A stretch of DNA of 62,459 nucleotides, the filler included, from Hausera hauseri (lineage: Eukaryota): NCBI GenBank assembly GCA_046269625.1. It is 10 parts of 10 records of this genome, joined end to end, with 100 filler letters (N's around TTAATTAATTAA, not from the genome) between each part and the next. Parts side by side here need not be neighbours in the genome. Positions count along the whole stretch, not along the records: positions 9,365 to 13,518 come from JBJURY010731656.1; positions 13,619 to 19,144 come from JBJURY010236295.1; positions 19,245 to 26,967 come from JBJURY010906534.1; 7 more parts are not named here. One strand, given 5' to 3'. How positions within the stretch are numbered: the stretch's first letter is position 1; each line of letters opens with the position of its first letter. Below, one piece after another: positions 12,400 to 25,779 of this stretch. Below the pieces are notes generated by a model. The model was given only the letters and a program-made list of their open reading frames with translations. It was not told the DNA's origin and made no database searches. Position numbers and translations under genes: made by a program.

Positions 12400-13518
12400 T
12401 ACCCTTAATTTCCTCTCGGTGATTTTATGACGCTTATTACAACAGTGTTTGGTAAGCACTCGACAAAACNNNNNNNNNNCAAAACGCGATAAAAGTTACG
12501 AGAGCAAACGTTGATGTTCCAATAATCGATATCAATGACAAAGTTATCCATTTAGCTAAGTTTTTCATTTTAACGGTATTCTTAATTTCGTTTTTTATTT
12601 TCTTGTTGATTCGTAGTTTGGTTAAGACGATCTCGTTTAGGGTTCGTACCGTACACGTTCTACTTTGTTTATTCCTTGCACCTATTTGTATTATATAGTC
12701 TGCTTTAGGCTTTAAATAGGTACATTTGATTCGATAGTTACCTTTAGCCTATTTTACTTTCTGATTATTGTGTAATGTTCGACAGCTTACTTCGACGTCG
12801 TAGTTAAGTGCTTCTTCCAAAATGAACGTTATTTCATGTTTTTATGTCCGATATTTTATAGGAATCGTTTATAGTTCTTTCTGAGGTAATCCACTTGTTT
12901 GTAGGATTCTGTTGGAAATTAAAGTAGTCGTATTTGTTCCTTTAGTCGTAATTCTACTAGTCGCTGTTTGAAACGGAATTTCCCAAATTGGATTTTACAA
13001 TTCATAGCTTCCTAGGAAGACACTCGACTGGTTCGGTCGAACTTCATATAAGTCTTACCGAATTCTATATTTATATCCTTGAGGTAGCTTACAATATCTA
13101 TTCGGCCTTTCAACGTCGATTTGACAGTATTGTTGATTATAAGCTACCTTGTTTTCTCGTATGAATTGCACTGTAATTACGCGTCCCTTATTTAGTCTTC
13201 GGTTTGTGTTTATTTGGATACAGTTGTCCTTTGGGTTTTTCGTTACACTAGTATATTCTCTTCGCGCATCCGTTTTAATGGGTCAATGGATTGGAGCATA
13301 TCTTCCCATTCTATATTAAGGTAGTCTCCGTAAGTCCGTGGTATAACCAAGTGGGAATTCGTGTTTACTTCAGAATGTATTTTATTACAATTTGACAAAT
13401 ATGAATGATAACTGAGAGCGTAATAGTGTCCGTACTTACGTTGCAACAAATTGTGTTATTTTCTGGTTCGACTTCACAATTAGACTCGACGTGGCTTAAT
13501 AGGTCATGAAATAATATC
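12400..13518 (-). pseudogene. Type I membrane protein with FN3-like domain (retroelement accessory or env-position gene), decayed
   Basis: IPIKY...NYDVEVSCRT...CTYLKPKADYIIQIGARNKQ...RTLNEI and hydrophobic WITLSLISIIGTSTFALVTFIAF; homologous to 61827-62459. Confidence 0.6.
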
Positions 13519-13618
13519 NNNNNNNNNNNNNNNNNNNNNNNNNNNNNNNNNNNNNNNNNNNNTTAATTAATTAANNNNNNNNNNNNNNNNNNNNNNNNNN
13601 NNNNNNNNNNNNNNNNNN

Positions 13619-14350
13619 CTGTATACATTTAAAGATTTATCGATTTTTGCTTCACTGAGCTTAAAAGGAACATTTTGCTTAATTCGAATTATTGATTTTA
13701 TATCTATATAGTACATTTTCATGGATTATTTTAATGGATCTAGGGGTTTTGACTCACGCGGAATCAAATGACATCATCAGATTTTTCGAAAATTTCAAAG
13801 TTCGATATTCTGTCAAAATAAATTTCGAATATTTACTTTCACATTCGAAATCTACATATTCGGTTTCCTATTTGTCCCCGTTCGACGTATTACCCTATTT
13901 TCACTCCTTATGGCCTAAAAAACTTATGTATATTCGCCCTTAGTTGGCATTTCGAGTTGATATTATTCGAAAACCACTTGATCGATTTAAAAGCTATTTG
14001 CACATTTGTATAGAGAATCGTTTTCCACATCGATTGCACCCGGTGCCATGTGCCTACCATCAATATTAGAATTATTGCAAATCCGATATAATTGATATTC
14101 ATCCTCTTGCACATGTGCAGCTGCACTGAACAGTGCACAGATCACATTTGGATCGATTTGCCTTGATGTGCACTATCGATTAACGCTTTAACCCGATCAA
14201 TTCAATCAATATTACACTGTGCAGCAATCGATTAGTGAATGTGCAAAAGTGCCATGGCAACGGTGCCTAACGGCTTCATTGTCATGCACATCTCCCTATC
14301 GATTGTGCACTATCGATTAGCACATATGTAATATCGATGTTACCGATTAC
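13619..14350 (-). repeat. Interspersed repeat arm, inverted homolog of 16290-17415
   Basis: Reverse complement of CATTTTGCTTAATTCGAATTATTGATTTTATATCTATATAGTACATTTTCATG (~13671) recurs with mismatches at ~17316-17370; ATCGAT/GTGCAC-rich internal block also shared. Confidence 0.65.
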
Positions 14351-14534
14351 CCCTCCGGCGAGGTGGTAGTGAGGACGAACATACATTTTCCGCTACTTTT
14401 TTATTTAAAAGAAAATTAAAAATGTACGAAAAATCAAAGTAAAGAAATACCAAAAAACTCTATTTAATCAACATATCACAGACACCACCAAAAACCCTTA
14501 ACGACAAGATAAATGCAGTACGGAATGAATTAAT

Positions 14535-15621
14535 TCATTCTTCCTTGCTACAGGATGCACCGGTATCAGAATAGAACGGTTCCTCATCATCAGTCAAATC
14601 AAGTTTTGGATTTTTCAATTGTTCATTAAAGTTAGTCTCCGTTCCTTTTCTTTTCTCAGGCCGTTTTTTCCCTTGAATTTCTCTATCCTGTTCAGATGCT
14701 GACAGAACCTTCTTTAATAATTCCTTTTCAAATTTCTTATTGATCACCATCAATTTTTTTCTTTCCATTCCTTCTAATTTTGTCTTACGTTCGAATGAAT
14801 AACCCTGATCATTGAGAAATTGTCGTTTTTTCCGACAAGAAATTTCTTCTGCCGTTTCCGATGAAAAAAGCGAGTACAAAAAAGCATTGGATCCATTTGT
14901 TCTCATGCCCCCTTTCGCACAAGTAATTCGTCCGAACTGTTAAGCTTCTTGTATTCTCGAAGTGCCCTGAGAGGATATTTTGATCAAAACGTTGGCTGCC
15001 GGCAAGTCCAAAGCGAAATCCGCAATTTTTGATACAAAAATGGTGTTCACCTGTAACAAGTTCAACAAATCGACCTAACAACCGATAATAGATTACTTTG
15101 TTATTTTTACGAAAATCCTCCATCACTCGAAGTCGTTCGTCATGATTGGTAGTTACATCCAAATACGGTTTTACCATTCGAGTGGCATACTCCTTTAATG
15201 AAAATAAACTATCGGACAAAACAATTATTTTATCGCCGCATCTTTCATGATACTTAATGAGATCTTTGCATTGTCGCATCTTTTCAGGGTTCATAATACA
15301 AAGTAAAGTCTGTATATCGGGCGGACTCTTAGGGTTAATAAAATAATTGATGCATTATTCGGAGGTTAAAATTACTTTCTTATATTGATCGTAGAAAACT
15401 CCTGTCATTGGACAACTGACTTCAATGCACTGGACTTTAGTAATAAATCTTTTATCTTGCAACTCCTTTAAATCAGCCTCATATAGTTTCGGACCAACTA
15501 GAAAATTAAGATCTTTGATCCAATTATCTTTTTGTACTAAAGTTGCTGTAAGGACTAATTTACAATTTCCATGAACTTTTGACACAACTAAGCTAAATGT
15601 TCGGGCTGGAATGGTATGTAT
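14535..15621 (-). pseudogene. ERCC3: Divergent XPB/ERCC3 TFIIH helicase, C-terminal three exons
   Basis: IHTIPA...[23 protein letters not shown]...[15 protein letters not shown]...[46 protein letters not shown]; GT-AG introns 15328-15375 and 15051-15096; in-frame stop in helicase motif VI. Confidence 0.88.
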
Positions 15622-16289
15622 CTAAAAATAAGACTTCATAAATCAAGCTCCAATTCGATATATTCGTAAAAAAAATAAATTATTATAAAGACCTGTTGAA
15701 AATTTCACACAAAGCAAATACTTCAATAAAATGAATATCGAATATACAGTAGGATTCACTTGTTCGAAATTCATCTGATAGCAAAATTCGCTTAATAGCA
15801 TATTGATACAAAACATCGGTAAAATTATGATACATCACACATGAATTTAGATAACAGCTATTTGCTCAATGGTAACATTCGCTTTATATAACGTATTTAC
15901 ACATCATCAATATGAAATTGTTTTCGCTATTAGTAAGATAAAATATGCACATTACCTTCATACATTTGCAATGGCTTCATGTGACGGTAACAGGGATACG
16001 AATATTACTGTATATACTCAGAGAATTACAAATATAATGCTAATTAATAAAATGAAAAAAATTACCGAGAAAGTCAAAATAACACATTTGTAGCTTTTAA
16101 ATGTAACAGTATTTCGCGTTTGTTCAAATATCACCCACTATGTTTAGAAATTTTCAAACTTGACAACATTTTCGTTACTTTTTTCGTGCTACTGTTTTTT
16201 CAATATTCAATTTATACTGTTTTCTAGATGTTCTGTCAATCAAAAATGTTTTGGTTTAATTCACAATAGCATATTCCATCGTGTATAAA

Positions 16290-17415
16290 TAGGGGAAAAA
16301 TGGGCATTCGCCCTCATCCGGGGCGTGTGCGAATCAATAAATAAATAGTGCACATGGAGCACTATCGATCGGCAATGTGCTAGGCAACGGTACACAGTGT
16401 CGTGTTGATCGAATCGATTGGGACAAAGTGCTAATCGATAGTGAACATCGAGGCACATCGATTGATGCACAGTGAAGGTGCACAGAACATGTGCAAGTGT
16501 GCAAAAACCAATATCGGATTTCGGATATTTCCAATATTGATGATTGGCACATGGCACAGGCTGAAATCGGTAACACACATGATGCACTATGTGAATGTGC
16601 AGTTAGAATTTAAATATATCGATTGGTTTTCGAATAATTGCCAACTGATGGCGAATCCCCATAGGCCTTTCCGGTATAAAATGTAAATCAGTAATATCAA
16701 TATTGCATATATACTGGCGGGTACAGTACTTGTTGTACTTTCGTTCAATGAAATACTCGAGTCACGTGTGCTCTTAGTTACGGTTGCCAAGGCACTTTGT
16801 CACTTTTCACATATTTGTCATTGTACAGCGTAGGATTGAAGGAATTGATCGGGGGTCAAGTGCAGGTAGATAGAGCTTGTCGAGATGCATCTTGATATAT
16901 GCTGTGCAGTGCAAAAAGCATGTGCAAGTGTGCGAAAATCAATAATATCGGATTTCCGATATTTCCAATATTGATGATTACGACATGTGACCGGGTGCAT
17001 TCGAACACAAACATGATGAAGTATATGGATGTGTAGTTAGAATTTACATTTATCGATTAGTTTTCGAATAATATCGATCCAAATTGCAACTGAGGGTGAA
17101 TGCCCATAGGTTTTTAGGTCATAAGGAATAAAAATTTGATATTATAATTAGCAGGGACACATAGTAAGTCGAATATGGCGATCTCGAATCTCAAGTGAGA
17201 TATTCGAAATTCGAATATTTTCGAGTTCGAAAATCGAAGTTCGAACTATTCGAAAAATCGAACAATGGAAATCGATTCCTGATATATGAAAACCCCATTA
17301 TACATAAAAGTTATATCATGAAAATGATCTGTATAGATATAAAATCAATATTTTCTAATTACGCAAAATGAGCATTTAACGCCCAGTGAAACGGAAATCA
17401 ATAAATCTAATTGAG
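16290..17415 (+). repeat. Interspersed repeat with internal partial duplication (16450-16680 vs 16880-17120)
   Basis: Repeated CATGTGCAAGTGTGC...ATATCGGATTT..GATATTTCCAATATTGATGATT; inverted homolog at 13619-14350. Confidence 0.65.
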
Positions 17416-18004
17416 GGGCTGGATAGTATGTCATATATGTTGATTCTGAATATGATGTTAGATAATCAAATTCGAGATTACAAGTCGAATATTTAGGTAT
17501 TCAAACTCGAATATTCGATAATGCATGCATTATTCGAATAATCTAATGAAGCCATTCCATTCCCCATGGCCGAAAACCTTAAATTTGGCGCCAACGAGCA
17601 TTTAATTTTTTTGATGCATTAAAACATAAGTGTGTTACATTGGGTGTATAAACATGTGCTAAATACAGAATGTCACCTACATTATGGAGTATAATAATAA
17701 ACCAATAACTGATATGAGCAAACAGGATGATGAGTACTTTGAAGATGTTATAAAACATACATGTGTCCAATTGGATGCAGCTAATAAAATTGAAGATAAT
17801 GAATTGTTCGAGGACTGTTGTGAAGATTGCCAACACAGTGAATGTGGTGATGACAAAACTGAAATCAATATTATAGAAGAAAAAGAAGAGGGTGATATTA
17901 AAGATTGATCATGTAGAGGTGGTATAGTGACAAATTGTTATTTTTATGTTAATAAAGTTGTTGTATACACACATTTTGCTTTTTGAAAAAGACACGTCGA
18001 TAGA

Positions 18005-18410
18005 AATATATTGTCTAAAACACAACTAACAAAATCACTATAATTCAAATCGTTCAAACTGGTAATAATAATTTTACCGGTATGAAACACATTTACACAG
18101 AGGATTATAGCAAGTTAATCTAGGGGCAGGAAATAAGTCTGGCTCTTAGAGACTTGGATTATTCCGTGCCAATGTGTTTAGATCTATTGGTTCACCAAAA
18201 TCACATGTCACTGTAATTGATTGTATGCCCACAATTTATATATTGTTATGTAAACTGCGTGAATCAATTGGCTTTTTACATTCCATTATTCGGCATTTTC
18301 CACTGGGGAAGAATATAATCGTACATTCGGAGTATCGTAAAACACTGTTTAGGTCTACATCCGAATTTTAATTCATCCAAGAAAAATGTGAAATCTCTGC
18401 AGTTGAAGTT
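18005..18410 (-). pseudogene. Minimal TATA-binding-protein-like gene, intronless, decayed
   Basis: Manual translation: CTIIFFPSGKCRIMECK...IQSITVTCDFGEPIDLNTLA...L*EPDLFPAPRL...VNVFHTGKIIITSL, i.e. both TBP half-repeat signatures; absent from the ORF track. Confidence 0.72.
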
Positions 18411-19244
18411 TTATGTGCTCCTCTCCTGCCTTTATCTACTTTTAGAATTGTAACATTGAAAATGCTGATGTTTCACTTGGTAGAGCGATTGAAGAGGTGC
18501 TAGGTTTTCCAAACTGTAACCAAAAGACTGAATAACTGATCGATTACATGAGAAAGCTGAAACAGCAATTGGATATTACATATCCTTATGGAGATGATGA
18601 AGTCAGAATGTTAGGTGTGAAGCCCATGACATCTCATCAAGAATTGAAGATTGCTCAAATGAAGATGGCACAAATGAAAGCTCCAAGAAACTATATGAAA
18701 TATCAGATACGTTTCCTAAAATGTCAGAGAACAATAGAACTACAGGATCCAGTATGTATTCGACAGACTCAGTTTTGATACCATGTTAAAGATTACAGAT
18801 AATAACTACAACAAACTGGCTGCAGAATTAGAAGCACTTGGAATAAGTCTTGATAAGTTAAATGATGAGACAGTCGGTCAGACGCCGTAAAATTCAAAGA
18901 TTTTATGGGCTGTGATATGAAGACAATGGATTTATCCCAATATACAATGGCATACATTAAAGTATATGTCCTAGGATTGAAAGAAAAAGATGGGGGAAGT
19001 CAACCCATTTGGAAAATTATTGAAATTAAGTGTTAATTGTTGTATTCATAAATCTCGTTATTGTTAATCTTCACTTTTTGATAAACAAACTTTAAATACA
19101 TAGTTTTAAAAATGGACTTAGAAGCTGAAATTAAACAACTTACANNNNNNNNNNNNNNNNNNNNNNNNNNNNNNNNNNNNNNNNNNNNTTAATTAATTAA
19201 NNNNNNNNNNNNNNNNNNNNNNNNNNNNNNNNNNNNNNNNNNNN

Positions 19245-20163
19245 TGTTTCCCCTCCATTCCCCACCTGATATATAATTATATATAAAATTATTTATTTTT
19301 GCAATTTCTTTAATTTTCGCAGCCATTGATATCGGAGGGCTGCTCTCCGGGGGAGTTTCTCCACCATTTATTTTGCCGTGAACACTCAAACTGATTTTAT
19401 CAGTCACACACAAACACACACAAACCCTGGCAGGGTTCATCAAACAAAGTGAACAAGAATAACAATGAACGATCTTATTTACATAACACTCAAATACCTT
19501 TGGGAGGATCAAATAAAACTCGGTCCTGAGTGATAAGTCAAAGTCAAACGTATTCGATGCATTTTCGTTTCTGACTTCAAACGTAGAAGCATCAGTGTGT
19601 TTCCATTTCTGTGTTGAATTGGCACTTTGAGTGTTTTTCCATTTTGTTATAATTTCGTTTAAATCACAGTCATCCACAGAACTGAGATTTCCAAATAAAG
19701 CAATCACGTCTCGACGAATGAGTTTTGGAACGTATAATAGATCAAACTGATCACTCATTTCAAGTTCTGATATACTTTCTTTACATATTTTCTCATCATT
19801 GAACTGCTTTTTAGTTTCAGGAATTTGCTGAGATATATACACAAAAATCATTCTTAATATTTCATATCCAAAATTTTCTACCTCAAAATGTTGCATTTGT
19901 TTCTGTAAATAAGACGATTTGGACAGTTTTGATCGTCTATGTTTCTGAGGCCTTTCCTGGCCCAAATTCTCCATATTTTTTGGTGAGGTTTCACACCCCT
20001 GGCCTTCAGAATCTTCTGCGTCTATTGGTGTTTCTTTCTTGTTGAAATTTTTGTCAATTACCATAAAAATTAGCGTTTTTGAATTTGTCCGTATCAGGAC
20101 ATTTTGGACACTAATTTTACAATTCATAATTTCAATTTGCATTTCTAATCGATATTTATCCAT
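19245..20163 (-). CDS. Hypothetical protein (open to contig end)
   Basis: About 300 open codons in AT-rich DNA; no recognised motif. Confidence 0.3.
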
Positions 20164-20827
20164 ATATCCTTTGGTGATTCCATTGATGCAGTTTTTGTTA
20201 GTTTATTTTATGACAAAACAGGGAATTCTGACAGTCTTGTACATTCGTACAACGATCATCATCCAAATATTCAATTTGAATTTCATACCGGAGAACAACT
20301 TAAGCTGGAAGTATCAATTTTACAAAAAAAATTATATTTCTTGATCTTTTCGGATAGATTACTTTATAAGATTCTTTTATTTCATAATCCCTTTTGTGGC
20401 AAATGTTTATTTCAACGTCCTTTTGAACAGTTTGCTATTTCTTCCTTCATCGACATATTTTCATATAGATATACAACTGAAACGCATTCACAAACATTAC
20501 ATAAGCTTAATGTACAAAATTCCATTTTCACAAGTTTATCAAAAAACGGGCAGGAGTCTAATAAAAATAGCCAATTTACCCTGTGTTATAATAAAAACTA
20601 TCTAATGTAAACTATACAACTACAATTAGTAAACACACAAATCAAATTCAGTCTTCATCGAAAGAAGCGAATTCATGAGAATTTCTAATTAACTCATAAT
20701 CTGAAACGAATTCCACTTAATAAATCCTACTCAAAATAAACAAGGGAAAAAACGATATTTCATTTCAACGAGAATCATTCTTTGCCTGTAATTTTGGTAT
20801 AATATACCTACTATCATAACAACTATC

Positions 20828-21364
20828 CTAAACCATAACTCCAAGGACGTAAGCAATTAGAATTATACTGGCAACTATCTTAAACAATTTCCTCGGACGT
20901 AAAATTTCCACTGTCGCCTTTTGATTCTCCTCCTTTTGCTGAGCTGTCCAATAGGCCGTTGCCATATCCATGTACTGATCTTTATTGAATACAATTTCCG
21001 GCGGTGGTATGTACGAATATTGTTTAGCACTGTCGAAGTCGGTCTCTGGTATTTTCAATATGTTCAAATTATAATTCCGTCGTTGTTCGGTCGATCCAAG
21101 TACTTCATAAGCTTTGGACACTTTTGAAATATCTTCTTCGCCACTTGGTCACTCGTTACATCCGGATGATACAATTTCGATTTGGCATGAAATGCCTCTC
21201 ATTTCGCTTTTTGTTGCATTCGATTTGACACCGAGAATAGCATACAAATTTGTCTCTTTCTGTATATCAGCTGAATGATATCGTATGAAAGATAGTCGAG
21301 GTGACATTCGAAATGCCGCTTGTAACGGCAATTTACCGAATGGAATCATGCAATTATAAAACAA
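20828..21364 (-). pseudogene. Mitochondrial-type J-domain protein (DNAJC30-like) with two frameshifts
   Basis: Presequence-like N-terminus, NLYAILGVKSNATKSEM / EAFHAKSKLYHPDV / VSKAYEVLGSTEQRRNYN, C-terminal hydrophobic helix. Confidence 0.8.
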
Positions 21365-22549
21365 TAGCTTCGTAAAGACCGTCTAACGACTTTCAACTGT
21401 GTTTATTCCTGCTCTCCCAATTCTCCGAACCCCGCCAGGGATCATGCACACTCACACTTTGCACACTGCTTTTATATCACGCACACTCATTCAACATCTC
21501 ATACGTTCCATACAACCCTTATTTTTGTACAACCATCACGCACAATGCAACAAACATATGAACACACATACATTCATATATACTATATATATTTATATAT
21601 ACACTATATACATTCCCTACCCCTCTATCTTTCTCATGCTTCCCGGATTACCCAACTATTCAGTCGGGTTCCAACAAGCCCTTTATTTTGATCAAAACGA
21701 TACTTATTATTGAACTGAAAATTGGCCAGTTTGGAACTTTGCAAAGTTCTTTTTCAATAACTTTGGTAATTTAGTATTTTTAAGCAGAAAATTTTTGAAT
21801 TATACACTCAGCTATGATAAGGATTTCTTTTATTCACAAAAATTGAGTGGCTCCCGGCAATAATGGCCTGTCTACAAAAAATTGCAAAATTGAGTTACAG
21901 TATTCATAACAAATACTGATGTTTAGTGCATTATGTGGTAGAATATAAACCTGTCAAGATTAACTATTTCAAATGTATTACTCCAAAACATGAACATAAG
22001 ATAGGCCATTTCAAGCTTAGTGTAGGCAATAATGGCCTTTTTTAGTTAACCGATCCGCTAGCAAGATGTAGATTTGCACAAAGATTTTAAACAGAAATTA
22101 TTACATTGTGGTACAGTATTTGCTTTTTATCTTTGCATATTACGAATAAAATTAAATTACGATAATTTGCATTATCAGAAAAGGAATCATATCAGCTTGT
22201 GGATATTCGGGAGTCATTACCTTGAAGTGCGAGGATTATGATAAGGCCGGGGTGTTGCATGTTTCATGTGGTCAAGTTAAGGTGCAGCACCCTGAGAGGT
22301 CAGACCGCATTTGCATTAAATTTTTGGTTAACAACATTCCGCAGAATATTAACCCGTTAATGAAAACTTTACAGTAATCATTAGAAATTTAAGCTGTGGT
22401 TTATTCAAATTAGAAGGATGATTAGCAAAAAACAAAATCATACGTGTAAATAATATCTGCAAGTTATAAATTAATTGAAAAATTACAGGATGGTCATGAC
22501 CTGCCAATAGTTTGTCGCCTGTTCAATTCAATATGGACTGAATGAGACA

Positions 22550-22920
22550 AGCTCAGAAGGCAGCCCTCAAGCAGTCTCGCCTCCTGAAATGCAACCATAA
22601 ATTTCATCCCACCTGTAATTTAGACCTCAATGTGTTACACTTGCCCTTAAGTACAGTGAAAATCATCTCTATGGAATTTAAATATGGACTGTAAATACAA
22701 CTGGTAAAAATGTGTGGCTTATATTATTGTCCGATGTGAAGTCTTTGACAATTCTGGTATGAAGTATGCTGTAACTATACATTACAAAAGCTTGTTCTTT
22801 CGAGGAAATTCCATTTTTGAGATCTTATTTTAAAAAAGCTATGAAGATGTGATGATTGACTGCCATTGACCATTTTATGGAGTTTAATTGCAACATGGCT
22901 TATGAAAGCATATAATGAGA
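22550..22920 (-). mobile_element. IS630/Tc1-type DDE transposase remnant
   Basis: HTFLP..YSPYLNSIEMIFTVLKGK matches the (FL)PPYSPxLNPIE motif. Confidence 0.55.
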
Positions 22921-22957
22921 TGTTAATTAACAACAAATTATAAAACTGCAAAACTAT

Positions 22958-23800
22958 TACTTCCGCCGTTCCAAAATAGATGTCTCATTTCACAATGCAA
23001 AAACAAAACTTTTGAAGGAAATAAAGTTTATTCAATACAACTAACTCATTTAGTAATTAATAATGCTAAGGCCTTCAAGAAAGGCTTTCTTGATGACTTT
23101 AGGAATCGTTCACATTAATGAATTCTCTCGCTTGTGTCACAGCCTCCGGAGAGCATGTGATCTTTTCTGGAAGACAGTTGTCACATCTGAGTTTAACTTT
23201 TCCTGTGTGGAATTTTGTATGTGTTACTTCCGTCAGTCATCATTATGTTTTCCATGCATTTTTGAAGAGTTACAAATACATTTTCTAATTTTTTAATCTG
23301 TAAATCAGCAAAGCTTTGTTGACTGCTTGAATTAGTTCATCTATATTCTTTGTAGATATCCGCTGTTGCGGGGCCTGAATAGCATCAGGGTTGTTAGGAA
23401 GTTGGTATTATAATTTTATATTCCAAGCCCCTTGAACACCTGCAATTATTTTACCTTCATCATCAGTTGCCAAACGAAGCTTCACATTGTCTTATTGGAT
23501 ATAAATAGGATTCGCTTTGAAGCAGACGGCAATCTTTTCACGAATGGCAGGAATAATTTTTCAATCATCTTCGTTTAGCTGGTTCATCATTCACAAATGG
23601 CCAGAAGCCTAATTTTCCATCAAAATATCGTTGTTTATCTTGTTTCCATCGTGGCTTTGCAACTGCTGCTATGAACATTATTTTAGAAATACACCGCTTA
23701 TTTCTGTATTTTCTATCCGGTTCCATTTCATTTAACGTTACATGATTTCGTGATGTAAAACCACTTCTCGCAAATACCATATTTCTTCGGGTATTACTAA
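22958..23800 (-). mobile_element. DD39D (plant-mariner type) transposase remnant with Stowaway-like TIR
   Basis: ISKIMFIAAVAKPR...FDGKLGFWPFV..EPAKR, IIPAIREK..IYIQQDN, WNIKL, IDELIQAVNKA; TA + CTTCCGCCGTTCCAAAATAGATG at 22958. Confidence 0.75.
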
Positions 23801-24123
23801 CATATTGATCAAGTCCATATTATGACGAATCGAAGAAGTCCGCGATTTCATTTATTGATACAGGGTGTTTTAAAGTCGCCTGTGATATTTTGATGGAAAC
23901 GACTGATTCATGCTATATATCATCAATTTCAAATGTATACATTTTATCCAGAATATAATTTCTATAATTTTATTAAAAACAACGTTTCTTTTATAGCTAC
24001 AATTTTAAATCACACAAGTGACTTTGAAAACACAAACGGATTCATAATAATTCAAATAAATAAGTGTAAACAAATGTTTGTTTTAATTACTTTAAATTTT
24101 AAAACTTGTTTTTGTCAAATTTT

Positions 24124-24738
24124 ATGGTGAGAATGAAAATGAATTCTACCGATTATATTACAGTTTCCGAAAGCGAAGATTCTGAGATAATTGAAATCCC
24201 AGTTGAAGAAGATGATTCTGTTCTTCTTTCCACAGTTGCTGGTATTTTTCCAAAAGTATGCGGTTTAAAATACCAATCACCCGAAACAAACAGTTTCCGT
24301 GCACTAAAATACAACAGTGGCAAATTTTACAAACCACCTATAGGTTGGGTTGGAATGATATTTTATTGTGTCTTTCCAAATAATAATAAGCGAAAAGGAG
24401 TCGATGAAGATGAAAAACCAAATCAAAAAACAAAACGACTGGACGGAAGACGATGTACAGATTTAATCGTGCTGAATATTGGATGGAAGGTGGATGAAAC
24501 AATTCTGAAGGAATATTTTTCTCAATTTGGTGAATTGGTTTTGTGTCAAGTAGAATTCGATGTGTAATTTCATGATCGAATTTCATTGTGTTAACAGATT
24601 AAACGAGAAAGAGAAACGAACAACAGTAAAGGATACGGATTTATTCGATTTTCCGAATATACTTCACAGGTTTTGTGTTTGGCAGATAAACATTTGATTG
24701 ATGGTCGATGGTGCGATGTTAAAGTGCCATTTTCAAAG
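24124..24738 (+). CDS. TARDBP: TAR DNA-binding protein 43, first two coding exons (24124-24549, 24598-24738); gene continues beyond
   Basis: IEIPVEEDDSVLLSTV..FP..CGLKY N-terminal domain, bipartite NLS, RRM1 DLIVLN..KEYFSQFGE / SKGYGFIRF..HLIDGRWCDVK; 48-nt GT-AG intron. Confidence 0.95.
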
Positions 24739-25779
24739 GTAAATATTTTTGTTATAGTAACTAATTTGTTGTTTGAATGTTTCGTGGAAAATAATCAGTT
24801 GTGTATGTTATTTGTTAAATTGTAACTATATATTTTAATTGATCATATATTTTGGATTTCCACGAAAATTTCAAATCAATTGAATTGAATTTGTGTATCA
24901 GTGTTTCGTTAAGTTTAATTGTATGTATTTTTGTTCAGCATGACATACATACGTTTTTGTATTTTTAAATTTCTACAATCAGGACTTTTTAAAATTTGTT
25001 AGTGAATGAATTTATTCCGTTAAATTACTAGAATTTTGATTACAGAGATTGTTGAATTAATTATCATCATTGTATATGACAGGAAATGCAATCTTCAACG
25101 TAAGATGAGTTTAGAGTGATTACGAATTATCCCTAAATTCCTATCTAATTATATGGGGATTTTGGAAGGGCTTGGTGAAAATATTGATACAAATTTCATT
25201 CATTACAGTCTTCGACATAAAATACCGAGCTGTGTATGATTTACTTTAAGAATATTAAACACTAATTTAATAATACATGCATAACGTTATTGAAATACCA
25301 TTGCGGTAACAAATGGGAAAATTGCCATATTTTAGAAAAATTATAATGGTACTGCACTTTTAGACGGAAACATAACGTTGTATTTATATGTTTTCGATAA
25401 CAACTGTAGATGGGCAACATTCAAATGTTTTGTGGCCTGCAAGGTGTGTATGTGCCTGGCACTACGGTCAGTAGTGTTGGGTCGGTTAGTCCCATTCGGG
25501 ATGAAAAGCGAAATTTAGTAGCCCGTCGGCGTCCTACATCCACACGTCATCCCCACCTCCACGCGGTTCAGACTGGAAATTGTGACTACCAGGTCACAGG
25601 CAAACGGGGCTCTGGCGCGCCTGGTAGAGATGAACACCACCAGGTTAAATCCTGCCCATTCGGGCAAAACCATAGTCTACCCTAGCAAACAAAGGTGCTG
25701 AAGCAGGGGGTATCACGCCAGGAGGCGCGCCACAGCAAGCATGATAACACGTATTGCCACTGCAGTGCCAGATGCCAAA

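Larger units (their letters stand above)
9365..13518 (-). mobile_element. 3' accessory region plus start of 3' LTR of a complex LTR retrotransposon (decayed copy A; same family as 55634-62459)
   Basis: Colinear protein homology with 59184-62459; PPT followed by TG at 9911. Confidence 0.8.

Noticed and set aside
18140-18150. TAA at probable Tyr positions (TBP-like YEP motif; both RING copies) hinting at a UAA=Tyr genetic code
   Set aside because: TAA also replaces K, E and Q codons in decayed genes and terminates intact ORFs; ordinary pseudogene decay explains it
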